Source: a virus
Direction: 5' to 3' (one strand)
Virus record (IMG/VR): IMGVR_UViG_3300025291_000002
DNA: 52,813 nt
Numbering within the stretch: the stretch's first letter is position 1; each line of letters begins with the position of its first letter. Below, piece by piece: positions 9,147 to 17,948 of the stretch. The translations under genes and the position numbers were made by a program. The notes under the pieces are model-generated. The model did not search any database. It saw nothing but the letters and a program-made list of their open reading frames with translations, and had not been told where the DNA came from.

Positions 9147-9877
9147 CAGAATGCTTCCGTGAACTGCACCGTCGGACGGGATGAATACCAGCCCCGATAG
9201 GTCCAAGGCACGGTGACGCCCTTCGGCAGCTTCATCACGCAGCGCGGGCGGGCGAGCTCGACGCGAGTGCCCGCGGTGACCGCCTCACGCAGCGGAGGGC
9301 TGAGCGCCAGCCGATAAATCGGGTGGGCGTCATCGCTCTTGTCGACCACCTCCCAGTGACGATAGACACGCCAGCCTTTTGTCGGGTGATAGATCGAAAA
9401 CCAGTCCGACCAACGGAGGTCTCTGGCTGCATCAAATACCTGCATGGAGATGATGCCAGCATTAAGCGGCGCATCCTCTCTCACCTCGCCGTAAACGGTC
9501 GCCTGCGAGTATCCGGAGCCATCCGAGAACAGAGCGCCGTCCGAATGCGGAATGCCCTTGACGATGGGCCGGCGTGTGTTCCGGATGATCGGGAAAGGCC
9601 CGATCTTGTCGTTGACGATCGGCACATTGATGAAGCGGAAGCCGCCATTGAGGCGGGCACCGAGCCAGTTCAGCACCTCGAAGCGCTCGTCAGGGCCTTC
9701 CAGCACCATGTTCGAATAGGTGGCGGTGATGATGCCGCCGCCTGATGTTTCGATGCTGATCGGCTCCCCTACCCCATTGACGCCACCGTCGAGGCCGCTT
9801 CCGGGATTATCGAAGCTTGCTTCGGTCGGCCGCAGAAAATCCACGGGGAACATCGGCTGATCGGTATAGGTCGCCAT
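9146..9877 (-). CDS. Distal tail protein-like (first gene after the tape measure)
   Basis: 243 aa, immediately downstream of the tape measure. Function inferred from position. Confidence 0.55.
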   Translation of the reverse strand: MATYTDQPMFPVDFLRPTEASFDNPGSGLDGGVNGVGEPISIETSGGGIITATYSNMVLEGPDERFEVLNWLGARLNGGFRFINVPIVNDKIGPFPIIRNTRRPIVKGIPHSDGALFSDGSGYSQATVYGEVREDAPLNAGIISMQVFDAARDLRWSDWFSIYHPTKGWRVYRHWEVVDKSDDAHPIYRLALSPPLREAVTAGTRVELARPRCVMKLPKGVTVPWTYRGWYSSRPTVQFTEAF

Positions 9878-9879
9878 CC

Positions 9880-12765
9880 TCAGCCCACCCGTGAATTGAA
9901 TTTCTTCTGCGTGCTTCCGAAGCCGCCGCGCGCTTGGTCGATCTTGTCCTGGTAGAGCGCTTCCTGCGCACCCTGCCGGGCGAGTTCGCGCACATGCTCG
10001 TCGCCGCTTCCACCGTGGACATGGACTTCCAGCTTACGAGGCGAGGAAGAGCCGTTGTCGTTGCCGGCTCCCATCATCTGGGCGCTGCGGTTGGTGTTGA
10101 AGACCTGCGAGCCCTGCGGCAGGTTCACAAGCTCAGGGCCGCGCTCGCCGACGATCGACAAACCGCCCGGCGCATAGTTCGTGCCGTCGGCATAGAGACC
10201 GATACCGCCGAGCTTCCATGCGCTCGCGAACTGCGCGGAAGACGAGAAAATGCTCTTGCCTATGCCCGATAGAGCACTCAAGAGCCCACCGCCTCCGCCC
10301 GCCGCGCTCGTGCTGAGGGTCGTCCCAAGTTGGCCGAGGCCGTTCCCCAACTGGCCCAGACTGCCGGTCGCTTTGTCAGCGGTGCCGCCGAACTTCGCTA
10401 AAGCCGCTTCGGCGCCATCGAGCCGCCCCGTGAAGTTATGAGCGCCTTCAGGGTTGCTCCAAGAGAAGCCCTGCGGCCGCTCGAAACCCGCAAAGGCAGC
10501 AGTTGCGCTGCGCACGTCAGGTGCAGCCCTCAGCGCGTTCCATGCTTTGCTTTCCGGCCCCATCAGTTCCGAGTAGGCGAATTGATGTTGCGCTAGCTCA
10601 TTGCCGAGGTTTCCTCGACCACCAATCGCATTTAGCAGGGATGGCGACCGGTCGTTCCACTGATAGAGACCTAGCGCTTTACCGGCATCTCCGACCGCTT
10701 TCGGGTTGAACGAACTCTCCGCGCCGATGTTACCGAGGACGCCCGCCACTTGGTGATCAGCGAGTCCCTTCGATTTCCAGAAGTTCCAAGCGAGGGAAGC
10801 GCCATCGCCAAGCGGAGCACGGGTTACCGGGATGACTGGCGCCTTCCCCATATTGTCGTTCGCGGCGCCACCGAGAACCGATGTTGCGAGCGATGCCGCC
10901 CCCGAGATCGATCCGCCGCCTTTACCTCCGGTGAAAAGTCCTGAAATCAGATTGCCGATGCTGTCGAAGAATTTCTTCCACAAATCGTTCGCCTGACTGG
11001 TAATGGCCGCTTCGAACCCCTTCAGGAATGCTTTGCCGATATCATGGCTGCCCGAGATTAACTCGCTGCTGAAAGCCGTCCCGAAATCGTTTGCAATCTC
11101 CTTGGCCTGCTGGCCTCGTAGCTGCTGCCGGATGGCCTCGGCTTCAGGTGATTTCAGATCCTCGTTGAAGCCATAACGGTTCAGCGTGGTTGCCACCTGC
11201 TGATCCATGGCGCTGCGCTCGGCCTGGCGCTGTTGGAAGCTGATGTCGAGCCAGAAGTCGGCCTTTGCCTCCTGTGCACGGCGGTAGGCCTTTTCGAGGT
11301 CGGTTACCTTGTCGGTCTGGTCGTCGATCTCGAAGAAATTCGGCTTCTGGCCGGGTACCGGGACATTCACCAGTTTGCCGTCACCGTTCATGATCGTCGG
11401 CGCACCGGGATCCTGGTCAAGCTCAAGCGGCCGGCGGTTCGGCGTTGGCACGTTCGACGGAATGAAATCCGAGGGGCGGAAGGTCCGGCCCCCGTCGGTG
11501 AAGGTCGCACCGGTAACGATATCCTGCACGTTCGAACCGCCGGCGATCGCCTTGATCCACTCGGTGCGGGCCTTCTGCGCTGCCTCGACGCCGCGATAGA
11601 TGGACTCCGTCACTTTGTCGAAGGCTGCCTGGAAATCCAGAACGGCAGGCACGCCATACTGACTTACAGCATTCGCCAGTTCGGTCTGGACCCGATTGAG
11701 GTCGGCCATCGAGGCCGTGCCATCGTCCAAGCGGTCGCGAAGGTCGCCCCAAGCCTCTCGCAGGTCGCGGATGACAACCGCATTGCGAGGATCGCCCTGG
11801 AGTGCTCGGAAAGCCGCCACGCCCTGCTTCTGGATGGAGTCGAGGTTTTCCGACAGGCCGTCCAGTTCACGGCCGGCAAGGATCTCTCCCGCCTGCCTGC
11901 CCTGCGTGAGCTTGTCGGCACGGTCGAGCTGATCGACATATGCCTTCAGCGCCGGGGTCGCATCGCCCCAGAGTTCGGCCGCGCGTCGGATGACCTCGTT
12001 CTGCTCTTCGAAGAGCTTGCTGGTCTTCCCTGTGCCGCTTTCCGCCGTCGTGAAATACTGAACGAGCGCCGCAACGCCGGCAGTCAGACCGATCGTCACC
12101 AGAGAGACCGGGTTGATCAGCGAGCCGAAGGCAGCCGCAAGGCCTGCGACAGGTCGTTCCATCGTGCCGAGAACGGAAGCAAGCTGCGTACCTTGCTGAA
12201 GGCCGATCATGAGTGGGTTCATGCCCATGGCCGCGGTGACAGCGATATCTTGAAACTGGTAGCCCGCGTTGATGCCGGCTGCGCGCTGCGCTCCGGAGAC
12301 GTTGTTGCTGTTCGCAGCCTTCACGGCAGCGCCGGCAGACGCCGCGGACGTGCGGAGCTTCTCGTATGCCTGCCGCTCCCGATCGAGCGCCTGCGTCATC
12401 TGCTGGGCATTGATGACACCGATCTTATGCGCCCGCTCAATTTCGCCGATCGCTGTCTCGTAATTCCTCGTCGCCTGAGCGAGGGGCTGGTACTTCAGCG
12501 TCAGTCGCTCGACCTCCATGCGGAAGGCGCGGACATGGTCGTCCTGGTCGGCGAGAGACTTCGCCATCCGCTCGATCGGAGGAGCGGCCTTGTTGGCGCC
12601 GTCGGCAGCGCGGGAGAGAGCGCCGCCAAGCGATGCCGCTTCAGTTTCGAGCTTGTCAGCGGCCTGCTGCGTGCGGTTGGCGGCAGCCGTCAGCCGGTCA
12701 AGATCAGCAGCGCCGGAAACGGCCTGCGAACTATCAATCTTGAAGCCAAGCGTTGCCTCGGTCAT
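9880..12765 (-). CDS. Tail tape measure protein with embedded lysozyme-like domain
   Basis: 961 aa with a coiled-coil Ala/Gln-rich N-terminal half and Gly-rich segments. An internal segment (GVLGNIGAESSFNPKAVGDAGKALGLYQWNDR) resembles the phage tail lysozyme fold. It follows the G/GT chaperones. Confidence 0.85.
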   Translation of the reverse strand: MTEATLGFKIDSSQAVSGAADLDRLTAAANRTQQAADKLETEAASLGGALSRAADGANKAAPPIERMAKSLADQDDHVRAFRMEVERLTLKYQPLAQATRNYETAIGEIERAHKIGVINAQQMTQALDRERQAYEKLRTSAASAGAAVKAANSNNVSGAQRAAGINAGYQFQDIAVTAAMGMNPLMIGLQQGTQLASVLGTMERPVAGLAAAFGSLINPVSLVTIGLTAGVAALVQYFTTAESGTGKTSKLFEEQNEVIRRAAELWGDATPALKAYVDQLDRADKLTQGRQAGEILAGRELDGLSENLDSIQKQGVAAFRALQGDPRNAVVIRDLREAWGDLRDRLDDGTASMADLNRVQTELANAVSQYGVPAVLDFQAAFDKVTESIYRGVEAAQKARTEWIKAIAGGSNVQDIVTGATFTDGGRTFRPSDFIPSNVPTPNRRPLELDQDPGAPTIMNGDGKLVNVPVPGQKPNFFEIDDQTDKVTDLEKAYRRAQEAKADFWLDISFQQRQAERSAMDQQVATTLNRYGFNEDLKSPEAEAIRQQLRGQQAKEIANDFGTAFSSELISGSHDIGKAFLKGFEAAITSQANDLWKKFFDSIGNLISGLFTGGKGGGSISGAASLATSVLGGAANDNMGKAPVIPVTRAPLGDGASLAWNFWKSKGLADHQVAGVLGNIGAESSFNPKAVGDAGKALGLYQWNDRSPSLLNAIGGRGNLGNELAQHQFAYSELMGPESKAWNALRAAPDVRSATAAFAGFERPQGFSWSNPEGAHNFTGRLDGAEAALAKFGGTADKATGSLGQLGNGLGQLGTTLSTSAAGGGGGLLSALSGIGKSIFSSSAQFASAWKLGGIGLYADGTNYAPGGLSIVGERGPELVNLPQGSQVFNTNRSAQMMGAGNDNGSSSPRKLEVHVHGGSGDEHVRELARQGAQEALYQDKIDQARGGFGSTQKKFNSRVG

Positions 12766-12768
12766 GCG

Positions 12769-13056
12769 TCACTTCCGTTTATTGGGGAAAATGGCATCGA
12801 ACAGTCTGCTGGTCAGTGGGCGTTCCGAGACCTGCTGTTCGGGCTCTTCCTTGTCGACTGCCTTCTGAGCCGCGACTTCCCGACGTTTCAGGTCCATGGC
12901 GATGATGGCGTCTATCTGCCATTGGAGCAGCGTCACGCCTCGAAGCCGTGCCCACTCTCCGATCGCCTGAAACCCGATAGGATTCATCCCGAAGCCATTG
13001 CCCGAACGCTGGCAATCGAGTTCGCGGAACCAGTACCAGACCTGTTCGCCTGCCAC
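12769..13056 (-). CDS. Tail assembly chaperone, gpT-like frame (probably expressed as a G-T fusion by -1 frameshift)
   Basis: This frame is open upstream to at least 13200 and is -1 relative to the gpG-like gene. It lies between the chaperone and the tape measure. Confidence 0.55.
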   Translation of the reverse strand: MAGEQVWYWFRELDCQRSGNGFGMNPIGFQAIGEWARLRGVTLLQWQIDAIIAMDLKRREVAAQKAVDKEEPEQQVSERPLTSRLFDAIFPNKRK

Positions 13057-13115
13057 CGGTACCGCGATTTTCCTTCCTTCGTGCTGATCGACGATGAGGC
13101 GGCAAAGCCTCTCGA

Positions 13116-13541
13116 TCAGCTTTTGGTAAAAGAGCTGCGGCGAACCGCCCTCACCTCGACCTGGTCGCGGATGATCCTGAACTTGGCATAGAGGTTGCGG
13201 ACATTTTCTTCCGAGAACGGAATTACCTGGCCGCCGATCTTCGGATTGGGCGACCAGTGTGTGGTCGACTTCGCGAGGATGGCGATCATGCGCTCGTCTG
13301 CGTCATCCGTTGCATCGGCCGCGGGATCGAGACTGGAGCGCTCGGCAGCCTTCTTTGCAAAGTCGGCTGCAACATCCCGCATGGCTTTCTGCATGCGATC
13401 GCTGTCAGGACCGACAAAGCCGATCTTAAGGCCGATCGGCTTGCCCTGCTCATTGAGGATATCGATCTCGATGCCCTGCTCCTGGGATTGGAGCAAGGAT
13501 TCGAGGCCGGAGAGGTCGGCGAATTCTTCAGCGGCCATCAA
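13116..13541 (-). CDS. Tail assembly chaperone (gpG-like)
   Basis: 141 aa, acidic, between the major tail protein and the tape measure. ATGA overlap with the major tail protein stop. Confidence 0.65.
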   Translation of the reverse strand: MMAAEEFADLSGLESLLQSQEQGIEIDILNEQGKPIGLKIGFVGPDSDRMQKAMRDVAADFAKKAAERSSLDPAADATDDADERMIAILAKSTTHWSPNPKIGGQVIPFSEENVRNLYAKFRIIRDQVEVRAVRRSSFTKS

Positions 13542-14275
13542 GCACCTACCGGAGCGACGGTTATAACCGGGCTGTTGATTTCGACGTTGCCCTGCAGAAG
13601 GCGAGCTGTGTTCGCGCCGCCGCCGTTCTCCTGGGCCGTCATGACGATGCCGTAGAAGAACTTGGTGGTGCCGGCAGGAACCGTGGAGATCGTGTGGACG
13701 CCCGACTGCGTGCCGGTGGTGGTGATCGCCGCGCCGCCAGGAGTGGCCGACAGGGTGATGGTGTTGGCGTCGGTGACCGTCTTCACATAGTAGGTGGTGC
13801 CGGCAGTCAGACCGGTCGGCAGCGCGCCGGTGGTCGAGAGCTTGACCGGGTCATTGACCTGGCGGCCGTGGCCCGTCCATGTGATCACGCCCGGCGAAGC
13901 GATCGTGATGGTGGCCACACCGGAAGCGACCGGCGGCGCATCGTCGAAGGCCAGCTTGAACGGATAGTTAAAGTCCGTGTTCTCGGCGGCGATCAGAGCG
14001 ATCTGGCCGGGATCGTTCGGCATGATGATGAAGTTGTTCTGCATCGAGCCGGCGTTTCGCGTGCCCTTTGCCTTCAGCGTCCGTCCGGAGGAAATCACGT
14101 CTTCGGAAATGAGCGTTGCGGCGTCGCCGATGGCGCCCATCGTCTGCCAGCCCTTGAGCTCGGTCCAGGTGACGGAAGCAAAGTCGGTCGCGTCGATGTC
14201 GGCATCATCGGGAACGGTGTTGACAGCAGGGCCGATATAGATCTTCGCGCCCGCCACAGGGTAGAGCTGAGGCAT
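13538..14275 (-). CDS. Major tail protein
   Basis: 245 aa and Thr/Gly/Ala-rich. The N-terminus (MPQLYPVAGAKIYIGP... ELKGWQTMGAIGD) resembles TP901-1/GTA g9-type tail tube proteins. Position fits. Confidence 0.75.
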   Translation of the reverse strand: MPQLYPVAGAKIYIGPAVNTVPDDADIDATDFASVTWTELKGWQTMGAIGDAATLISEDVISSGRTLKAKGTRNAGSMQNNFIIMPNDPGQIALIAAENTDFNYPFKLAFDDAPPVASGVATITIASPGVITWTGHGRQVNDPVKLSTTGALPTGLTAGTTYYVKTVTDANTITLSATPGGAAITTTGTQSGVHTISTVPAGTTKFFYGIVMTAQENGGGANTARLLQGNVEINSPVITVAPVGA

Positions 14276-14332
14276 GATGGTTTCCTTTATGTCTGATCGC
14301 GCACTTGCCTAAGGTGCAATGAGGCAGGCCAA

Positions 14333-14764
14333 TCAGGCCGGAACGAATGGGTATGTTTTCCAGAAGGCCGTCACCGGCACTTGGAAGTGGGTTTCGCTGG
14401 TCATAAGGTTGGCGAGCGCCGGATCCTCGTCGAAGCGAACCTGGACCTCGTCGCGGTAGACCTTCGTGCCGCGCTTGAACGCGAGCCTCACCTGTCCAGC
14501 AACATCGTAGCCATCGACGACGGCTCGACCTTTCGGAAGCATCACGTTGCCGCGCACGAAACCCTGCCTGATCGGGTCCATCTCAAGCGACAGGTCGGTC
14601 TCGATCCCGCGATTGAAATGGATCTCGAACGAGACATAGCGGCTTGCAGCTGTAGGCGAGTAAGCATCGCCGGGGATTGCCTTCTCCCAACCTGCCGGGA
14701 GACTGATGCCCTGCACCGCGACGAGCAGAGCCTGATAAATCTTCTTCTCAATCGTGTCGGCCAT
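14333..14764 (-). CDS. Tail terminator / tail completion protein (positional)
   Basis: 143 aa, directly upstream of the major tail protein. SD AGGAGA lies upstream. Confidence 0.5.
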   Translation of the reverse strand: MADTIEKKIYQALLVAVQGISLPAGWEKAIPGDAYSPTAASRYVSFEIHFNRGIETDLSLEMDPIRQGFVRGNVMLPKGRAVVDGYDVAGQVRLAFKRGTKVYRDEVQVRFDEDPALANLMTSETHFQVPVTAFWKTYPFVPA

Positions 14765-14771
14765 GCTGTAA

Positions 14772-14996
14772 GTGTCTCCTATGGCCGAAAAACCGCTCAG
14801 CGACGAAGAAGTTTATGACCTGCTCCACCAGGCGCTGACGCTGTTGCTGAACCGCACCGTGCGGACGAAGAATGCGCAGGACGTGCTCTCAGTAGCCATC
14901 CGAGACCTGACGATCATCCAGACGGCGTTCCTGACGCTCACCGAGGGCGTCAAGCTTGATCGAAGCGGTTCCGAACAGTCACTTCAGCCTGAGTGA
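14772..14996 (+). CDS. Small opposite-strand ORF inside the structural operon (hypothetical)
   Basis: 74 aa (likely ATG 14781) filling a 185-bp gap between minus-strand genes. Third codon positions are strongly G/C-biased and the sequence looks helical. No clear SD. Confidence 0.45.
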   Translation: MSPMAEKPLSDEEVYDLLHQALTLLLNRTVRTKNAQDVLSVAIRDLTIIQTAFLTLTEGVKLDRSGSEQSLQPE

Positions 14997-15411
14997 CGAT
15001 CTGCTGCCAGCGCTGGGCGACTGCATCAACGAAGCCAAAGCCGGCTTGGTTATAGGTCCGCCCGAGAGAGTCCGCACCGACAAAGCCGTAGTTCATGCGG
15101 GCCGCATAGGCAGCCTGAAATCCGAGATAGACCGTGTCGCCGAGGCGCGCGTCTGCGATCACCAGTTCGATCCCGTTATCCTGAAACTCTGTCTTGCCTT
15201 CCTGTACGGTAGGCATGTCTGCGGTCGAGGCCATCAGCGAGCGGCGGAGGTTGCCAGTTTTGAGAGGCATCCGACCGCCTTCAGCGACCGGCGTCCTGAC
15301 CTCGTTGGCGACTTCCTGTGCGGCAGTCTGGAATACCGCTTCCTCGCGCTCGATTTCAGCCTTGGCCCATTCCGATACCTGGGCGGCGAAGGATAGGTTC
15401 TCGGTTGCCAT
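14950..15411 (-). CDS. HK97 gp10-family head-tail joining protein
   Basis: 153 aa. The motif region (RMPLKTGNLRRSL...DTVYLGFQAAYAARMNYG) is typical of the HK97 gp10 family. Confidence 0.7.
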   Translation of the reverse strand: MATENLSFAAQVSEWAKAEIEREEAVFQTAAQEVANEVRTPVAEGGRMPLKTGNLRRSLMASTADMPTVQEGKTEFQDNGIELVIADARLGDTVYLGFQAAYAARMNYGFVGADSLGRTYNQAGFGFVDAVAQRWQQIVTQAEVTVRNRFDQA

Positions 15412-16463
15412 CAGCGGCCCCGCGAGCGGGCATATGCCTCGGCAAAATTGAAATTGTATTCGACATCACAGCGGCAGCCAGCGACTTCGGCCGGTCCGGC
15501 ACCGAGTGCTGTATCCCCCGGGTATCGAAGCAATGCGCCCGATGGAGATTGAAAAGGAACATCCATCCCGGTCACTTCCGTGGCATTGAGCACTTGGTGG
15601 GTGTGCCTCACCTTCTGGTCGCCGGCAGAACGCCACTTGCGGGTGACAAGGCTTGCGTCTCGGTTCGACTTCGACAACGCCTGCTGGAATGCCTCATGCT
15701 TCGACGACATCACGGCCGAAAGCGTCTCGGTCCTCGCTACCATCTCGCCACGTAGGCGAAGGTTGCGGTCCCGAAGGCGCATCAGCACCTTGTCAAGCGT
15801 TTCCTTGTCCAGCGGCTTGCCTGCGGCGATGGCGCGCTGCACGGCCTTATCGAGCCGCTTGTCTCTCGTCTTGAGCGCCAGATACTTCCGCATCTGTGCC
15901 GGGTCGCCCGAGAGCAGGTTGATGCGGGTGCGCTCGATCAGCTCTGCCTGCGGAGCGTTGAGGCCGATAATGCCGCCTTCTCGCTTGCCGGTCGTGGCCG
16001 ACTTCCGGCCGACGAGGTCGAGAGCGATCTTGGCCGGACCGGCGCCGTGCGAATACGCCTCGACGATAGTCCGCCGGGCCGCCGCGACGGTCTGCTCGCT
16101 GATGTTCGTGATCATCGTCGAAGACAGATTGCGGATGTTCGCCTCTGCTCCTTGGTTGCTCACATCCCACCGGAAGACGATGCGATTTCCAAAAGCGTCA
16201 GCCAGTCGTGGCATGTTCTGCGACGTCAGCAGCCCGCCGGCGTCGTATGCCTGCCTCAGCGCCTCGGAGAGCGGACGAAACGCGGCTGGGTCGATATGGA
16301 GGGCCTGGATAACACCTTCCACGTCGCGCGCTTCCAAGAGAGCCACGATCTCGCGCAGCACTACCTCGCTCCTGATGTCGTCGATCGCGTCAAGGAAGGC
16401 TTTTGCGAGCGTTGGCGAGAGCTTGTCGACGAGATCAAGGATCTGCTGGCGAAGGGTGGGCAT
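15411..16463 (-). CDS. Minor head protein, Mu F / SPP1 gp7 family
   Basis: 350 aa. The C-terminal signature (RKWRSAGDQKVRHTHQVLNATEV...CRCDVEY) is typical of the Phage_Mu_F domain. Confidence 0.75.
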   Translation of the reverse strand: MPTLRQQILDLVDKLSPTLAKAFLDAIDDIRSEVVLREIVALLEARDVEGVIQALHIDPAAFRPLSEALRQAYDAGGLLTSQNMPRLADAFGNRIVFRWDVSNQGAEANIRNLSSTMITNISEQTVAAARRTIVEAYSHGAGPAKIALDLVGRKSATTGKREGGIIGLNAPQAELIERTRINLLSGDPAQMRKYLALKTRDKRLDKAVQRAIAAGKPLDKETLDKVLMRLRDRNLRLRGEMVARTETLSAVMSSKHEAFQQALSKSNRDASLVTRKWRSAGDQKVRHTHQVLNATEVTGMDVPFQSPSGALLRYPGDTALGAGPAEVAGCRCDVEYNFNFAEAYARSRGR

Positions 16464-16633
16464 TATTCGGCGTCAACACCCTTGCCGGTCTTCTTCGGAG
16501 CCGGCTGCTCTTCCTTGAGGATTTCGCCGACGCCGATGGTTTCGAGCGCGGTGGCTTCGCCTGCGGAAAGGTCCGTGAGGATCGAACCGGCGGCGCGGCC
16601 CTTATACTTCTTCGTGAGCAAGACGTTCGTCAT
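16463..16633 (-). CDS. Unlisted 56-aa ORF (MTNVLLTKKYKGRAAGSILTDLSAGEATALETIGVGEILKEEQPAPKKTGKGVDAE)
   Basis: My own translation. The start overlaps the upstream stop (ATGA) and the stop overlaps the downstream start (TAATG). It is below the ORF-track length cut-off. Confidence 0.6.
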   Translation of the reverse strand: MTNVLLTKKYKGRAAGSILTDLSAGEATALETIGVGEILKEEQPAPKKTGKGVDAE

Positions 16634-17001
16634 GGGGAAACAGTCCTTCCTTGGCAGATGAAGACGACATTGGTCTGGCCGTCGTAGTTGTTCGGATCAT
16701 CGTGAACGATGAGGTATTCCATGCCGTCGGCGCCGATCGCTACGTCTCCGACCTTGGGCGAGACGCCTATGCTGATCGAGCCGATGTAAAGCTGCTTGTC
16801 GGATGCCAGGATGTTCGCGCCGTCGACATAGCGGCGGTCGTAGGTGGCCGGGAACAGCTTGCAGGCGTAATCGACTGTCGTCCCATCACCGCCAAGCACG
16901 GGGTCGGGTGGCGAGATGCGGCGGATGGTGCCGGCCTGCCCGTACTTGGTAATGAGGCGCTGTGCAGTTGCCTGCAGGCGGGTGAAGAGCGGATCAGCCA
17001 C
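16630..17001 (-). CDS. Head closure / head-tail connector protein (positional)
   Basis: GTG 17001 overlaps the upstream stop (GTGGCTGA). About 123 aa. The ORF-track start at 17079 lies inside the upstream gene. Confidence 0.5.
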   Translation of the reverse strand: MADPLFTRLQATAQRLITKYGQAGTIRRISPPDPVLGGDGTTVDYACKLFPATYDRRYVDGANILASDKQLYIGSISIGVSPKVGDVAIGADGMEYLIVHDDPNNYDGQTNVVFICQGRTVSP

Positions 17002-17503
17002 AGCGAGAGCCACCGATCGACATGATGCCGAGATAGACCAGATCCTCGCAGCGCAGGTAAGGCGCGAGCATGCCGTCAACGATCGAGATCAGCGGCGTGA
17101 TGCCGGAGGCCGTGCCGTTGGATTCGGCTGCGGCGTATTCCACTTCGAGCTGCCCGACCTTTTCGCGCTTCACAGCCGATGAGGCAGAGCCGACCACCGA
17201 CAGCGAACCGGGCGATAGCGCTTCCTGATATGCGGCCTGATACGAGGCGTTGATGACGGCGGCCGGCACCACGTCAGAAGGCTGGAGCTTGCCGTTGACG
17301 ATCGCGCTCTCGCGCGGCCACTGCCGCTCCTGCGATGCATCAGCGATCGAACCGAGGAACCGAGCGCCATAGGTCGCGTCGATATAGTTGCTGCCCCGGT
17401 TGCGCAGGACAGCCGCAGCCGGCGGTGCAGGATCTGTCGGCAAAGTATAGCCGTTGTCTGCCAGCCAGGCCGTGAAGCCGCTGTCGGTGCCGTATCCAGC
17501 CAT
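16994..17503 (-). CDS. Head-tail adaptor (gp6-like / DnaT-like family)
   Basis: 169 aa. The N-terminus (MAGYGTDSGFTAWLADNGYTLP) and overall shape are typical of head-tail adaptor proteins. Confidence 0.55.
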   Translation of the reverse strand: MAGYGTDSGFTAWLADNGYTLPTDPAPPAAAVLRNRGSNYIDATYGARFLGSIADASQERQWPRESAIVNGKLQPSDVVPAAVINASYQAAYQEALSPGSLSVVGSASSAVKREKVGQLEVEYAAAESNGTASGITPLISIVDGMLAPYLRCEDLVYLGIMSIGGSRCG

Positions 17504-17605
17504 GTGAGGTTATCCGATCATTTAAGGCTTGGAGTTACAGAGATTTCACAACCGCTGGATTGTGTTTTGTGGTAGTGCTTCGCCGCCAACCAAAAAGGAG
17601 AAAAC

Positions 17606-17920
17606 ATGACCAGAGACGAATACGTTGCGGCTACGAATTCCGCGAACCAGTCCTACATTGCGCGAGCAGGTTCAGACCTCGAAAACGCGCATGCTGTCGA
17701 TGACGCCGGGCTTATCCGCATCATCGAAGCGCAGAAGCGGGCTAACATCGAGCAATTCGCTGAATATCAGCGCTCATGGGTCGACCGCTGGGTTGCCAGC
17801 AACACGACCGGGGATCGTCGCACAAACGAGACCGTCTATCTGACACTCGCTGCTGAGAATGCTCGGCTTGAACTTCAGATGCGCCTTGAGGCGCTCCACA
17901 GGGAATACACTGGCTCCTGA
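17606..17920 (+). CDS. Opposite-strand moron, hypothetical 104-aa protein
   Basis: Strong SD (AAAAAGGAGAAAAC-ATG), preceded by a 102-bp intergenic region, and convergent with the SGNH gene. Confidence 0.7.
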   Translation: MTRDEYVAATNSANQSYIARAGSDLENAHAVDDAGLIRIIEAQKRANIEQFAEYQRSWVDRWVASNTTGDRRTNETVYLTLAAENARLELQMRLEALHREYTGS

Positions 17921-17948
17921 GGCCTCGCTCACTAGCATTGGCCGTTTT

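Noticed and set aside
12779-13105. 108-aa alternative-frame ORF between the chaperone and the tape measure
   Set aside because: The translation is extremely Arg/Gly-rich nonsense. The other frame (12769..13056, open upstream) gives a chaperone-like protein consistent with a G/GT frameshift.
11233-13191. 652-aa plus-strand ORF
   Set aside because: It lies entirely antisense to the tape measure and chaperone genes and has an Arg/Leu/Gly-rich, low-complexity composition with no motifs. This is a typical shadow ORF of high-GC DNA.
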